DNA from: an uncultured Gammaproteobacteria bacterium
GTDB taxonomy: Bacteria; Pseudomonadota; Gammaproteobacteria; Arenicellales; JAANXG01
Length of the DNA: 64,000 nucleotides
Direction: 5' to 3'
NCBI GenBank assembly: GCA_947259395.1
Contig: CAMYMN010000012.1
Span: 245 to 64,244 of the forward strand
Notes under the pieces: model-generated
Told to the model about the DNA's origin: nothing
Seen by the model: the letters and a program-made list of their open reading frames with translations, nothing else
The model's database searches: none
Translations under genes and position numbers: made by a program
Shown here: piece after piece, positions 38,916 to 47,731 of the stretch
How positions within the stretch are numbered: position 1 is the first letter of the stretch
Layout: the number at the start of each line of letters is the position of its first letter

Positions 38916-40496
38916 CTAGAAGTGGTAAGAAAGTCCTAGTTGAGCGTAATCGTCGCGACGCAAGGAGAACAAGGGATCATCTTCGGTGAGTTCTTGAAAT
39001 GTTCGCACCTCGAGCTCGAACATCCAATGATCGCCCAAACGGCGGCTGGCTTCCACGTTACAAAGTCGTGCCGACGAATCCATGTCAAAGACGCAACCAA
39101 GTAACGCCTCCGTGCTTTGCACGTCGTTCCATGTCAGCCTAATTCCGGCAAAGATATCGTCCTCGAACGGCGCCTCGATATCTCTGGGACGATCATCATA
39201 GAGATATTCCATCACCAGCCCCAAATCGGTTGGGGATTCGAACAACCCGAACCAGGTGTATTCGAATCCGGCGGTGCTGGCGACAAATGACGGCCCCTGC
39301 CCTGAGCGGCGAATCGCCTCCAACTTCCACAACCACGAGCCTTTCGTGGCTTGTACGTCCAAACCGGTTTGATCGATCTGCTCATAGACCGGAAACATGA
39401 CCATTTCACCATCGTCGCGAATTCCAGGGATGAACCTCGGATCGCGGCTGGTGCCGGTGAAATGGGACAGCCCGAGGTCCCAATCTCCTGGGGAATGCGA
39501 CCAACGGACCGCGAAATCAGTGTGCTCCTGCTCGCGCGACGACTCATAGATAGCACCGTCCGCGTCGACTCGAGGTATCATCCGCAAGCGGCCCTCGGGT
39601 CCGGAAAATGTACGTTCGCGAAAGTATGGCAACACGAACAAATCCAGCGTACCCCAGTCGCGAATCAACGCGAAGTTGAGCATCGGCTGACCAAGCTTAT
39701 CTTCGGTGTCGATGTTCTCAACCAAGTCGGTTTGGTTGACGATGTCAACAAGGTGCTGGAACTCGGTAACACCCCAGAACACCTTGCCTACCCCGATGCG
39801 CAGTTCCCAACCATTCCGCGCGGTCAACCACATAAGTTCACGGATGTCGAATTGAGTGCGTTCGTCGTCATGCTGATCCACCCGGACAAACGGTACAAAG
39901 GTGAATGAGTCGCGCCCATTGTTCCACGCATAGTACAGTTCCGGTTGTGCCGCTAATGAGAAGTTGTCACCGTGCTGACGCGGATCAACTGGTGAATGAA
40001 AAAATGCTCGATACTCCAGATCCACATACCCGGACCAGTCAAACCGGGCGGCCTCAGCGCGGGAAGTGTCAGGCTCTGGCGGGGCTCGCGGCGGCGTCCG
40101 AACAACAGACGGTGTAGTCACCGATTCCGGCTCGGTGTTGGCGGTATAGGGCCGCACCAGCAACGCGACCGGGTAATTGCGGACAAAACCAGAGTAACCC
40201 CGTTCGGCTAGCTCCAACTGCGCTTTACGAGCTTGTTCGCGTTGGGAGAATGGACCCACCAACACCGTAGTGAGCGTGCGCACCGGCCGACCGATAGCCC
40301 AAAGCCTGGTGTTGAAGAAGCCCGCCTCCCCGAGGCGCGTTATGGCGCGTTCAGCATTGCCGCGGTTCGCGAACGCGCCTATTTGAACCGCGAAATCAGC
40401 CTGGGAAGCGTCATTGTGCACGCCCAACACGAGCCCTACTATCAAGGCTACCCAACTACGCATGGGGGCATTGCCGCACCCAGGATCAATGCTCAT
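38916..40496 (-). CDS. Outer-membrane beta-barrel-like protein with N-terminal SPOR domain
   Basis: Signal peptide, VQIGAF...VLVGPF SPOR motif, Pro-rich linker, then DIRELMW, KVFWGVTE, DIVNQTD, terminal YHF. Confidence 0.75.
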   Translation of the reverse strand: MSIDPGCGNAPMRSWVALIVGLVLGVHNDASQADFAVQIGAFANRGNAERAITRLGEAGFFNTRLWAIGRPVRTLTTVLVGPFSQREQARKAQLELAERGYSGFVRNYPVALLVRPYTANTEPESVTTPSVVRTPPRAPPEPDTSRAEAARFDWSGYVDLEYRAFFHSPVDPRQHGDNFSLAAQPELYYAWNNGRDSFTFVPFVRVDQHDDERTQFDIRELMWLTARNGWELRIGVGKVFWGVTEFQHLVDIVNQTDLVENIDTEDKLGQPMLNFALIRDWGTLDLFVLPYFRERTFSGPEGRLRMIPRVDADGAIYESSREQEHTDFAVRWSHSPGDWDLGLSHFTGTSRDPRFIPGIRDDGEMVMFPVYEQIDQTGLDVQATKGSWLWKLEAIRRSGQGPSFVASTAGFEYTWFGLFESPTDLGLVMEYLYDDRPRDIEAPFEDDIFAGIRLTWNDVQSTEALLGCVFDMDSSARLCNVEASRRLGDHWMFELEVRTFQELTEDDPLFSLRRDDYAQLGLSYHF

Positions 40497-40565
40497 GTTA
40501 CGCTTTAAGTCATCGTTCTTAATTTTTGAATTGACTATTATATATGCATTCGCAGCAGAATCATC

Positions 40566-41348
40566 TCAGCGCGCCCGTTTGAGGCTATTGCGGTCGAAGT
40601 CCCGTTTTGACAGGCCGGTTTTGAAACGGTAATTGCTCCACAGCAAGGCGGTGCTTTTACCATTTTGGTGGTTGACCATATTCATGCGATCCGCACGCCA
40701 GAACTTGTCCAGATACTGCCGGTAATCCTTGATAGTGAGCGTTTTTAGATGTGACCCCTTGCGATCAAAGTACTCAACTTTTAAAACTCGGTAATGCTGC
40801 TTGTCGATCCACACGATCTGCTTGGTGTAGCCCGAGTGCTTGTATTGCGGAGTACGCTCGACGACAAATGCCTCCTGACTATCGATGGTCTCATCACGCA
40901 GATATTTGTAGCGGTACTTCTCAATTTCCTGCGAACTAATGTCCTCATATGCAAATTCACTGCCCATGAACGGCCCAGACTTGTTGGCTGATGAAATTCG
41001 TTTCACCCTTTTCAGGGCCGGCAGGTACAACCATTGATCGTCCGCTTTAACCGCATGGGTATAACTCAAGAACGCGGTCCCCTTAACATCCGCGGGTTGA
41101 TCAAAGATAGTCAATGATTTGTCGCCGTCGCCTTGTACCTCCAGGGAACGCACTCGAATCGCGCGTTCGCTCTGTTCACCCTGCCGGTTGCGCAGGATCA
41201 TCTTCATGTCGGCCGTGCTGTCGTTCCAGCCCAAATCACGCTTGTCCGCCTCCGTCGCAATTGCCAATCCTTTCTCTTCCGCGGTCTGCGCCAGTGAACC
41301 CATTGGAAGCAGTCCGAGTAACGGCAAAAGTAATAACAACTTCTTCAT
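40566..41348 (-). CDS. Outer membrane lipoprotein-sorting (LolA-like) protein
   Basis: PADVKGTAFL, QWLYLPALKRVKRIS, FMGSEFAYEDI; signal peptide from ATG 41348. Confidence 0.88.
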   Translation of the reverse strand: MKKLLLLLPLLGLLPMGSLAQTAEEKGLAIATEADKRDLGWNDSTADMKMILRNRQGEQSERAIRVRSLEVQGDGDKSLTIFDQPADVKGTAFLSYTHAVKADDQWLYLPALKRVKRISSANKSGPFMGSEFAYEDISSQEIEKYRYKYLRDETIDSQEAFVVERTPQYKHSGYTKQIVWIDKQHYRVLKVEYFDRKGSHLKTLTIKDYRQYLDKFWRADRMNMVNHQNGKSTALLWSNYRFKTGLSKRDFDRNSLKRAR

Positions 41349-41826
41349 GTTTTGCTCCTTAGAGTGGCAAAAAATCGGCGCAATGAACAAACCGGCGGTC
41401 TACGGCACGCTGATGATCAAGGCGTTGGAGTATTACATGTTCGGGTCTAACCCGCATATTTGACCAAAGCGGCAAAGATCACGACCTGATGTTATTTGGG
41501 AATTGAGGAATTCGATTCATGCCCGGTGAGACGCTTGGTGCCCGAGTAGGAACCTATTCCGGCTCTGACTTGGTTGCGAACACCCGGTGTTGCGCGGCTT
41601 TAACCCATGACTGCGGCGATGCATTACGTTTCATCGCGGCGCTTGTCCCCGCTCCGCAGGAGAATTCAAGCACTGCGATTTCTGGCAGCACGGGTCTTGT
41701 CGCCATCACTTGGGATCCATGACACCGTGCGCCGGCCCAGCGCTACGTGGATCAGGTCACTAAGGCCCTATCCGTGGCGATCTTATTAATATTAAATACT
41801 AAATTTAAAATATAATATTTATTAAC

Positions 41827-42423
41827 TCATTTACCGTGCAGCCCCTCCAACAACAGCCGGCAAACGTCACGGGCCTTGGTCTCGAATAGGTCCAGCGGGA
41901 ACAAATCCATGAACTCGGTGTAGTCAAACAGCACGGTTGCCGCGAGCACCGCGTCCGCCGTGCGTGCCGGATTGGTGACCGTAAATTCTCCAGCGGCATT
42001 CCCTTGCTGAATCAGCGCTACCAACAACGCCCGCCGCGCTTTTGTGTGGTGACCGACGATGTCGCGACGCCGTTTGCTGACGTCTTCTATGAGCTCACAA
42101 ATACGCGGTGTTGCAAACCATTGAGAATGCGTGTGACGCAGTGATGCGAGCACAAACGCCTCAATGCGCTCAGCGGCGGTCATATCCCGGCGATTGATGA
42201 TGCCGCGCAGCACGGTCTCCTTGCGCGCCAAATACTGGGACGCCAATGCCGCGCCGATGTCGTGTTTGTTCTCGAAGTAACGATACAGATTGCCAGGCGA
42301 CATCGCGCAATCCGTAGCGATCTCGGCCATGGTGGTCTTGCCATAACCGAAATCGCGGAAACGCTCACCCGCCGCCGCTAGAATACGCTCTCGATGCTGA
42401 CTGCCGGTTCGTCGAAGACGCAT
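41827..42423 (-). CDS. TetR/AcrR-family transcriptional regulator
   Basis: GYGKTTMAEIA...SPGNLYRYFENK HTH; start 42423 or 42465. Confidence 0.9.
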   Translation of the reverse strand: MRLRRTGSQHRERILAAAGERFRDFGYGKTTMAEIATDCAMSPGNLYRYFENKHDIGAALASQYLARKETVLRGIINRRDMTAAERIEAFVLASLRHTHSQWFATPRICELIEDVSKRRRDIVGHHTKARRALLVALIQQGNAAGEFTVTNPARTADAVLAATVLFDYTEFMDLFPLDLFETKARDVCRLLLEGLHGK

Positions 42424-42477
42424 AAGATCATCAGGTTCGTGCAATATATAGTGAATATTATACATATTATTTAATAT

Positions 42478-43137
42478 TTAATCGAATTGCAACGCACCGG
42501 CGAGGTCGGGGCGATCAATGTAAGGATTGCGGGTTCCCTGTATTCGTTCGATAACGTCGTTGCGATACTGTTCATGCTTGCTCGGCGCATCTTGCCGATG
42601 CCAGCGCTGCAAGGTTCGACCGAGCCGGGCAAATATCTTCATGCCATATTCTGTTTGCATGTAGAACATGGCCCGGGCGATTTCGCCACGCGATGCCGGT
42701 CGCGGTTCGACCACGCGTCGCCGTTCATCGACTTCGAAATCACAGCGCCCATAATCACGCCGTTCACCTCCCACATCACCGAAGCGGAAACTGGCGCGGA
42801 CATCGTTGATATCTTTTCGCGCCGGATACAGGTTGTGTAGATCCGCCTCCAAGTGATTGAACCGCGAATTATTCTCGCGACACTGCTTGCGCCGGCCACA
42901 GTTCAAGGTTCGCGTCGCCCATGACATCGGAAACACGTGCTCGATGTTCACACCACGGCGATGACGAGTGCTGAATGTCTGACCACAATACAAGGTTTCA
43001 CCACCCTTGTTGTAAAGCACCGACCAGAAGAGGCGCCGCGCTTCCTTATAGTCCTTGATCTGTGTCTGATCGGCCGCCGACAGCAAAGGCACACACCACA
43101 CAGACGATATCAGTACCGCGATGATTCGATTTTTCAT
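42478..43137 (-). CDS. endA: Endonuclease I (EndA/Vvn) family secreted DNase
   Basis: Signal peptide, LYCG, NIEHVFP, ADLHNLYPA, RGEIARAMFYM, QGTRNPYI. Confidence 0.88.
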   Translation of the reverse strand: MKNRIIAVLISSVWCVPLLSAADQTQIKDYKEARRLFWSVLYNKGGETLYCGQTFSTRHRRGVNIEHVFPMSWATRTLNCGRRKQCRENNSRFNHLEADLHNLYPARKDINDVRASFRFGDVGGERRDYGRCDFEVDERRRVVEPRPASRGEIARAMFYMQTEYGMKIFARLGRTLQRWHRQDAPSKHEQYRNDVIERIQGTRNPYIDRPDLAGALQFD

Positions 43138-43366
43138 TTACTGTTACTCACTTTTAGTTTGTTGCGATTTTAACCGGTTATCCGCATCAGCATCTCGTTA
43201 TTCATTGCGTATGGACAGCATATGCAAGGGAAACAAACCCCCTAATCCGGCGAATCCCCCCACAGCACTGTTGCCGGATTCTATCCAAACGTCACTCACG
43301 GTGATGTAAAATCTCATCTAAGTTAATGCACCGAACACCTGATCAATATCTCGATCGGAGGCACTG

Positions 43367-43591
43367 ATGAGTGGGACCACCCCAGGCCCGGATACGTTCA
43401 TAAAGCGCCCTGATGACCCGGGCTACATAGTCGCATGGAGAAACAAATACGACTTCGAGGCCGGCAAATTCAGCGACGAGGTAATGACGTACGGCGAAGC
43501 AAAACAGCGCGCGGGCGAGTTAAACTCCAAAAATGACGACAAGGTCTTCTGGGCGGAAAATCTGCAAGCAAATCCAAAGTACAGAGACTAA
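43367..43591 (+). CDS. Small hypothetical protein (74 aa)
   Basis: Strong GGAGG RBS just upstream, protein-like composition, no overlap with neighbours. Confidence 0.65.
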   Translation: MSGTTPGPDTFIKRPDDPGYIVAWRNKYDFEAGKFSDEVMTYGEAKQRAGELNSKNDDKVFWAENLQANPKYRD

Positions 43592-43606
43592 CAACGCGAT
43601 AGCCTG

Positions 43607-43978
43607 CTAGCGACGTTCAAAACGCTCACGCAGTTTGTCAGCGTAAGATTGCTCAATCCTCAAATTCGTCTCGCGTCCGCGGGACAGGCCAAGCCGGATT
43701 CTTAACAGGTGCAAGCGCTTCATCGCCCGGCAACGTTCGCTGCCGTCTTCAAGTGTTTGAAGTAAGCTACAGATATCGGATATTTCCCGCCGTAGGGCCA
43801 ACTCGGCAGGTACAAAGCCGGCGTTTTTTAACAGCCGGTACGCGACCCGCAGTTCGTCCGGCACCAGTGCATCATCGACCAGATCTAACCGTCTACCCTC
43901 TCCCGGTAATCCGTTAAGCTCTCCTTGGTCAATCGCCTGTTTTATTTTTGCCTCGGCAAGTTTGTCAATTAACTGCAT
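43607..43978 (-). CDS. DUF1992/YhdN-like protein
   Basis: AEAKIKQAIDQGELNGLPGEG, VPDELRVAYRLLKNAGFVP. Confidence 0.85.
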   Translation of the reverse strand: MQLIDKLAEAKIKQAIDQGELNGLPGEGRRLDLVDDALVPDELRVAYRLLKNAGFVPAELALRREISDICSLLQTLEDGSERCRAMKRLHLLRIRLGLSRGRETNLRIEQSYADKLRERFERR

Positions 43979-44062
43979 GATAAATGGGTTCTTTGCTAGA
44001 AATACCGATAGAATAACAGACAACTAAAATCTTGAAACCCAAATCGCGGCGCCCCATATCCG

Positions 44063-44377
44063 ATGCAGATCGAGCACTGGGACTACCACCAACAAGGAGA
44101 ATTATCTGAATCTAGCCTGCGTGCATTACTCGAGGGGCGTGGTTACCGAGTTCAAAAGTACGTGTATCCACCGGGTACGTATTTCCCCGATCACGTACAC
44201 GATGTTGACAAGATCGATGCGGTGCTTGCAGGACGGTTTGAGATCAACTTATCGGGAGAATCCGTGGTGCTGGAAGCCGGGGACATGGTAGCGGTGCCTA
44301 AAGGGACAGTACACAGCGCAACAGTTGTTGAAAACGAATCGGTTATCAGCCTGGATGCAGTGAGGGAGAAGACCTGA
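44063..44377 (+). CDS. Cupin-domain protein
   Basis: YPPGTYFPDHVH, LEAGD, VPKGTVHSA. Confidence 0.88.
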   Translation: MQIEHWDYHQQGELSESSLRALLEGRGYRVQKYVYPPGTYFPDHVHDVDKIDAVLAGRFEINLSGESVVLEAGDMVAVPKGTVHSATVVENESVISLDAVREKT

Positions 44378-44721
44378 TGCGCGTAGATAAATATGATTTT
44401 GGGCGGATCGAGATTGCAGGGGCCACGTATACCTCCGACGTTATCATTTCTGATCGACAGGTACGGGACAACTGGTGGCGCGATCAAGGACATCAATTGC
44501 AGATCAAAGACCTCGGTCCAGTCATGGAATTAAGACCGGATATCCTCGTGGTTGGCACTGGCTTCTATGGCCGGATGACGGTACCCGCAGAAACCCGTGA
44601 TTACCTGGCGGACATGGGTATCAGAGTGGTCGATGCTCCCACTCGGGAGGCTATTGATGAATTCAACCGCTTACAGCGAGATTGTGCCAACATCGTTGCG
44701 GCGTTACACCTAACCTGTTAG
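44377..44721 (+). CDS. Mth938-like (DUF498/598) protein
   Basis: FGRIEI, WWRDQGH, LVVGTG, AALHLTC; TGATG stop/start overlap with the cupin gene. Confidence 0.85.
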   Translation: MRVDKYDFGRIEIAGATYTSDVIISDRQVRDNWWRDQGHQLQIKDLGPVMELRPDILVVGTGFYGRMTVPAETRDYLADMGIRVVDAPTREAIDEFNRLQRDCANIVAALHLTC

Positions 44722-44731
44722 GTTCATCATC

Positions 44732-45067
44732 ATGGGCAAGAAAAAGAGTATTTATCGGATCATTTTTCACAACCAGGGAAACGTCTATGAGCTCTATGCT
44801 CACGACGTAAATCAAGGCGGGATGTTCGCATTTGTAGAAGTGGCAGACATCATCTTCGGCGAACGTTCCAAACTCGTCGTCGATCCCTCCGAGGAACAAT
44901 TGAAGTCACAATTCGCGGGGGTCAAACGCACCTATATTCCGTTACATAGTGTGGTACGAATCGACGAGGTAGACAAAGAAGGAAAAAACAAAATTTTGTC
45001 CACTGGCGAGGACAAGGGAAACGTCACCCCATTCCCGATTCCGGTCACTCCGCCCAAGAGTGACTAA
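44732..45067 (+). CDS. DUF1820-family protein
   Basis: IYRIIFHNQGNVYELYA, VVDPSEEQLKSQFAGVKRTYIP. Confidence 0.85.
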   Translation: MGKKKSIYRIIFHNQGNVYELYAHDVNQGGMFAFVEVADIIFGERSKLVVDPSEEQLKSQFAGVKRTYIPLHSVVRIDEVDKEGKNKILSTGEDKGNVTPFPIPVTPPKSD

Positions 45068-45440
45068 AATGTAAAAACTTTGATTTGGTCTGTCAGTCTT
45101 GCAATGATGTCATCATCTTGCCTGACAGACACTATAATACGCGCTTTACACTCGAGTGCAGGCGTTCATAGAGACATCACTTACTTCCGGGTTCGACCCT
45201 AACCGGCCTTTCGCATATGTGGCGCTAAGCCGACATTCACCCCGCGTTACGGTTTATCAAGCCCAGATAATGGGCTCCCTATTTGATAGAATAACAATCG
45301 TAGACGGATTATTACGACTATCGGATTAGATGAAGAAAATCTATAAGACCTACGCTAGTTTCAGTATTGATAAATAGGGCGATAACGTTCGATCCATCAC
45401 CTGTTAGGGCAGTAAACAGCCAAACCAAACTAAGGAAGTA

Positions 45441-46220
45441 ATGAAAAAAAGACATCGAATACAATTTCCAAAAACCGAATTAACCAATATCAATCAAGAC
45501 GAAGCCTATTTCTATCTTCAAGGATCAGGCGGTAAGAGGAAAATAAGGTTCCACGACTACGATGAAATTTATCAGGTAGAAGGTCTGTATGAGCAAATCT
45601 TTTATGATCGCCTGAAATGCGCATCTCCGAGTAAAGTGGCCTCGATACTCGAATCAGCGATAAAACAGTATCAAGATAATTTTACTGAGCTTCGAATATT
45701 AGATTTAGGTGCAGGCAATGGCATGATGGGGGAGGAGCTAAAAAAACACGGGGTTTCGCGCTTAATAGGCGTAGACATAATTCCCGAAGCTTATGATGCC
45801 ACACTCCGAGATAGGCCAGGGTTATATGATGCATATTACGTTGAAGACTTCACGAAGCTAGATGATGACAAAAAGGAGGAAATAATCTCCTGGCAATGTG
45901 ATTGCCTGGTAACGGTCGCCGCACTTGGTTTCGGTGACATCCCGGCAAAGGCATTTATAGAGGCGTTCAATATAATCAAAAGCGAGGCGTGGGTGGCGTT
46001 TAATATCAAGGACACCTTCTTTGATATTAGCGATGAATCAGGGTTCTCAAAAATGATTCGGGAATTAATATTCTCGAAATACCTTGATGTTTATTATATT
46101 GAACGTTATCGACACCGGTTATCAATTGAGGGTAAGCCGCTTTACTATTTTGCCGTTACAGGCTGGAAAACTTCAGATGTGCCAGATGATTTCTTAGAGT
46201 CAAAAGGTATCATCGGCTAA
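45441..46220 (+). CDS. Class I SAM-dependent methyltransferase, AT-rich and cassette-like
   Basis: ILDLGAGNG motif I, LIGVDI motif II; AAGGA RBS; visibly lower GC than its neighbours. Confidence 0.88.
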   Translation: MKKRHRIQFPKTELTNINQDEAYFYLQGSGGKRKIRFHDYDEIYQVEGLYEQIFYDRLKCASPSKVASILESAIKQYQDNFTELRILDLGAGNGMMGEELKKHGVSRLIGVDIIPEAYDATLRDRPGLYDAYYVEDFTKLDDDKKEEIISWQCDCLVTVAALGFGDIPAKAFIEAFNIIKSEAWVAFNIKDTFFDISDESGFSKMIRELIFSKYLDVYYIERYRHRLSIEGKPLYYFAVTGWKTSDVPDDFLESKGIIG

Positions 46221-46254
46221 CAATCCCATTCAGCAGACTGCAAGAAGCGCCGCT
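46215..46254 (+). other. Left half of an attC-like recombination site (truncated)
   Basis: The stop codon sits inside GGCTAACAATCCCATTCAGCAGACTGCAAGAAGCGCCGCT, which resembles attC R''-spacer-L''. No closing GTTAG is seen. GTTAGGGC lies upstream of the gene at 45403. Confidence 0.4.
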
Positions 46255-46269
46255 CCACATTCGTTCCGC

Positions 46270-47556
46270 TTTGCTTTTTACTAAACATGATGTGAAGCGT
46301 TCATCAAGGCGCTGCATGCATTGGTCAGACGGTATGGAGAGCCACGCTTTCCCGCGCATTCTTAAGACGCAGTAGATGTTACGGCTTCATCCAGACCTCG
46401 TCCACACCAGGGACGCTCCCATTAAAAAACTGAGGTTTATGTCATGCGCTGACTGCCTCAGTCGTCCAACGGAAATCGGTACCGTCGATCCACATACGAT
46501 GCAGGATAACGGCCAGTTTGCGTGCCACGGCCACCACTGCACGGCGCCGACCTTTTTTCTTGATCAGACCCATGCCCCAAGCTTTAGGGGATGACCAAGC
46601 GGTGGTTCGGGTCGACATTGCATGGGCGGCGACATACAGTGTCGTGCGAACATCGGCATCGCCGACTTTGGCGATGCGACCCATATTGTCCATTTCACCG
46701 GATTGAAAGCGCCGTGGGGTGAGACCGAAGTGGGCCTCCACGGTTCTGGAGCGTTTAAATCGAGCGGGATCATCCACCGTCGCCTTGAACGTCAATGCGG
46801 TAATGATTCCAACGCCTGGTGCCGTCATGAGGCGGCGACACACCGCATCAGCCTGGGCCATCTTTCGCGCCCGACGTTCCATCTCCAGGAAGGTTCGGTA
46901 TAGAACCAACCGCGCTTCGAGTAGCGGCAATAGCGCATGACACAGAGCTGGATCCTGTTCGATAGTCCCACGTACTAACTCATCAAACGGCCCGTGGCCG
47001 CGATTGCTGGGTAACTTGACCCCAAATACTTTGAGCAGACCTCGGATCTTATTCTCAAGATCCAAACACTTGTTCAGAATCGCTTTGCGACTCGATAATA
47101 ACGCCCGGATGTGATGGCTCTCCAGGCTCTTAACGTGGACACGACTGTACCAGCCAGTGCGCAGAATCTGAGAGATACCCCGCGCATCTTTCTTGTCCGT
47201 CTTATTGCGCATCGCCGATAGCGCTGCTTTGACCTGACGTGCCTCCATACACACCACCTCATATCCCGCCGCCTGTAAACCGTAGGTCAAATACTGAGTG
47301 AGCACCCCGGCTTCAAATCCCACTTGACTGATCTCACCCTCAAACCCATCCAAACAGGTGAGAATGTCCTCCACTTCTGAAACGACCTTAGCTTCGAATT
47401 TGACATCACCGGCATCGTTAACAATACAAACGTTTACCGTGCGTAAAGATACATCGAGTGCTGCATAGTAAGTCATGGCTTTCTCCCATTGTTTTGCTCG
47501 CGTCTTACAATTCTATTTGGGAGACAGGCCTCTAAAGGCCCGCCCGATTACTAATG
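46270..47556 (-). mobile_element. IS110-family (IS1111-like) insertion sequence; right end probably truncated; boundaries approximate
   Basis: Transposase with a short upstream end containing GTAATCGGGCGG (candidate subterminal IR, 47551-47540) and a longer downstream noncoding region; no matching IR found downstream. Confidence 0.7.
46442..47476 (-). CDS. IS110-family transposase (DEDD RuvC-like + Tnp domain)
   Basis: YAALDVS, GFEAG, KTDKKDA, APGVG, FGLTP, QSGE, AVARKLAVILHRMW. Confidence 0.95.
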   Translation of the reverse strand: MTYYAALDVSLRTVNVCIVNDAGDVKFEAKVVSEVEDILTCLDGFEGEISQVGFEAGVLTQYLTYGLQAAGYEVVCMEARQVKAALSAMRNKTDKKDARGISQILRTGWYSRVHVKSLESHHIRALLSSRKAILNKCLDLENKIRGLLKVFGVKLPSNRGHGPFDELVRGTIEQDPALCHALLPLLEARLVLYRTFLEMERRARKMAQADAVCRRLMTAPGVGIITALTFKATVDDPARFKRSRTVEAHFGLTPRRFQSGEMDNMGRIAKVGDADVRTTLYVAAHAMSTRTTAWSSPKAWGMGLIKKKGRRRAVVAVARKLAVILHRMWIDGTDFRWTTEAVSA

Positions 47557-47731
47557 CTTTCTCGACTTCGATTGACTCCTGTTGGCCGCTCTGAGACGGC
47601 CAGTCTTCACCTACGAATGTCAGGTTATTACCTTTTTCAAACGCAAACTATTGCTCCGCTTGTACGATCTGGTCTGAACCAGAGAGACAATCTGTTAGTT
47701 CACGTACCGATTTCTACACCCAAAACGGGCC

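Noticed and set aside
45180-45245. tRNA fragment suggested by GGTTCGAC
   Set aside because: No cloverleaf, acceptor stem or CCA can be built; it looks like a decayed palindromic repeat.
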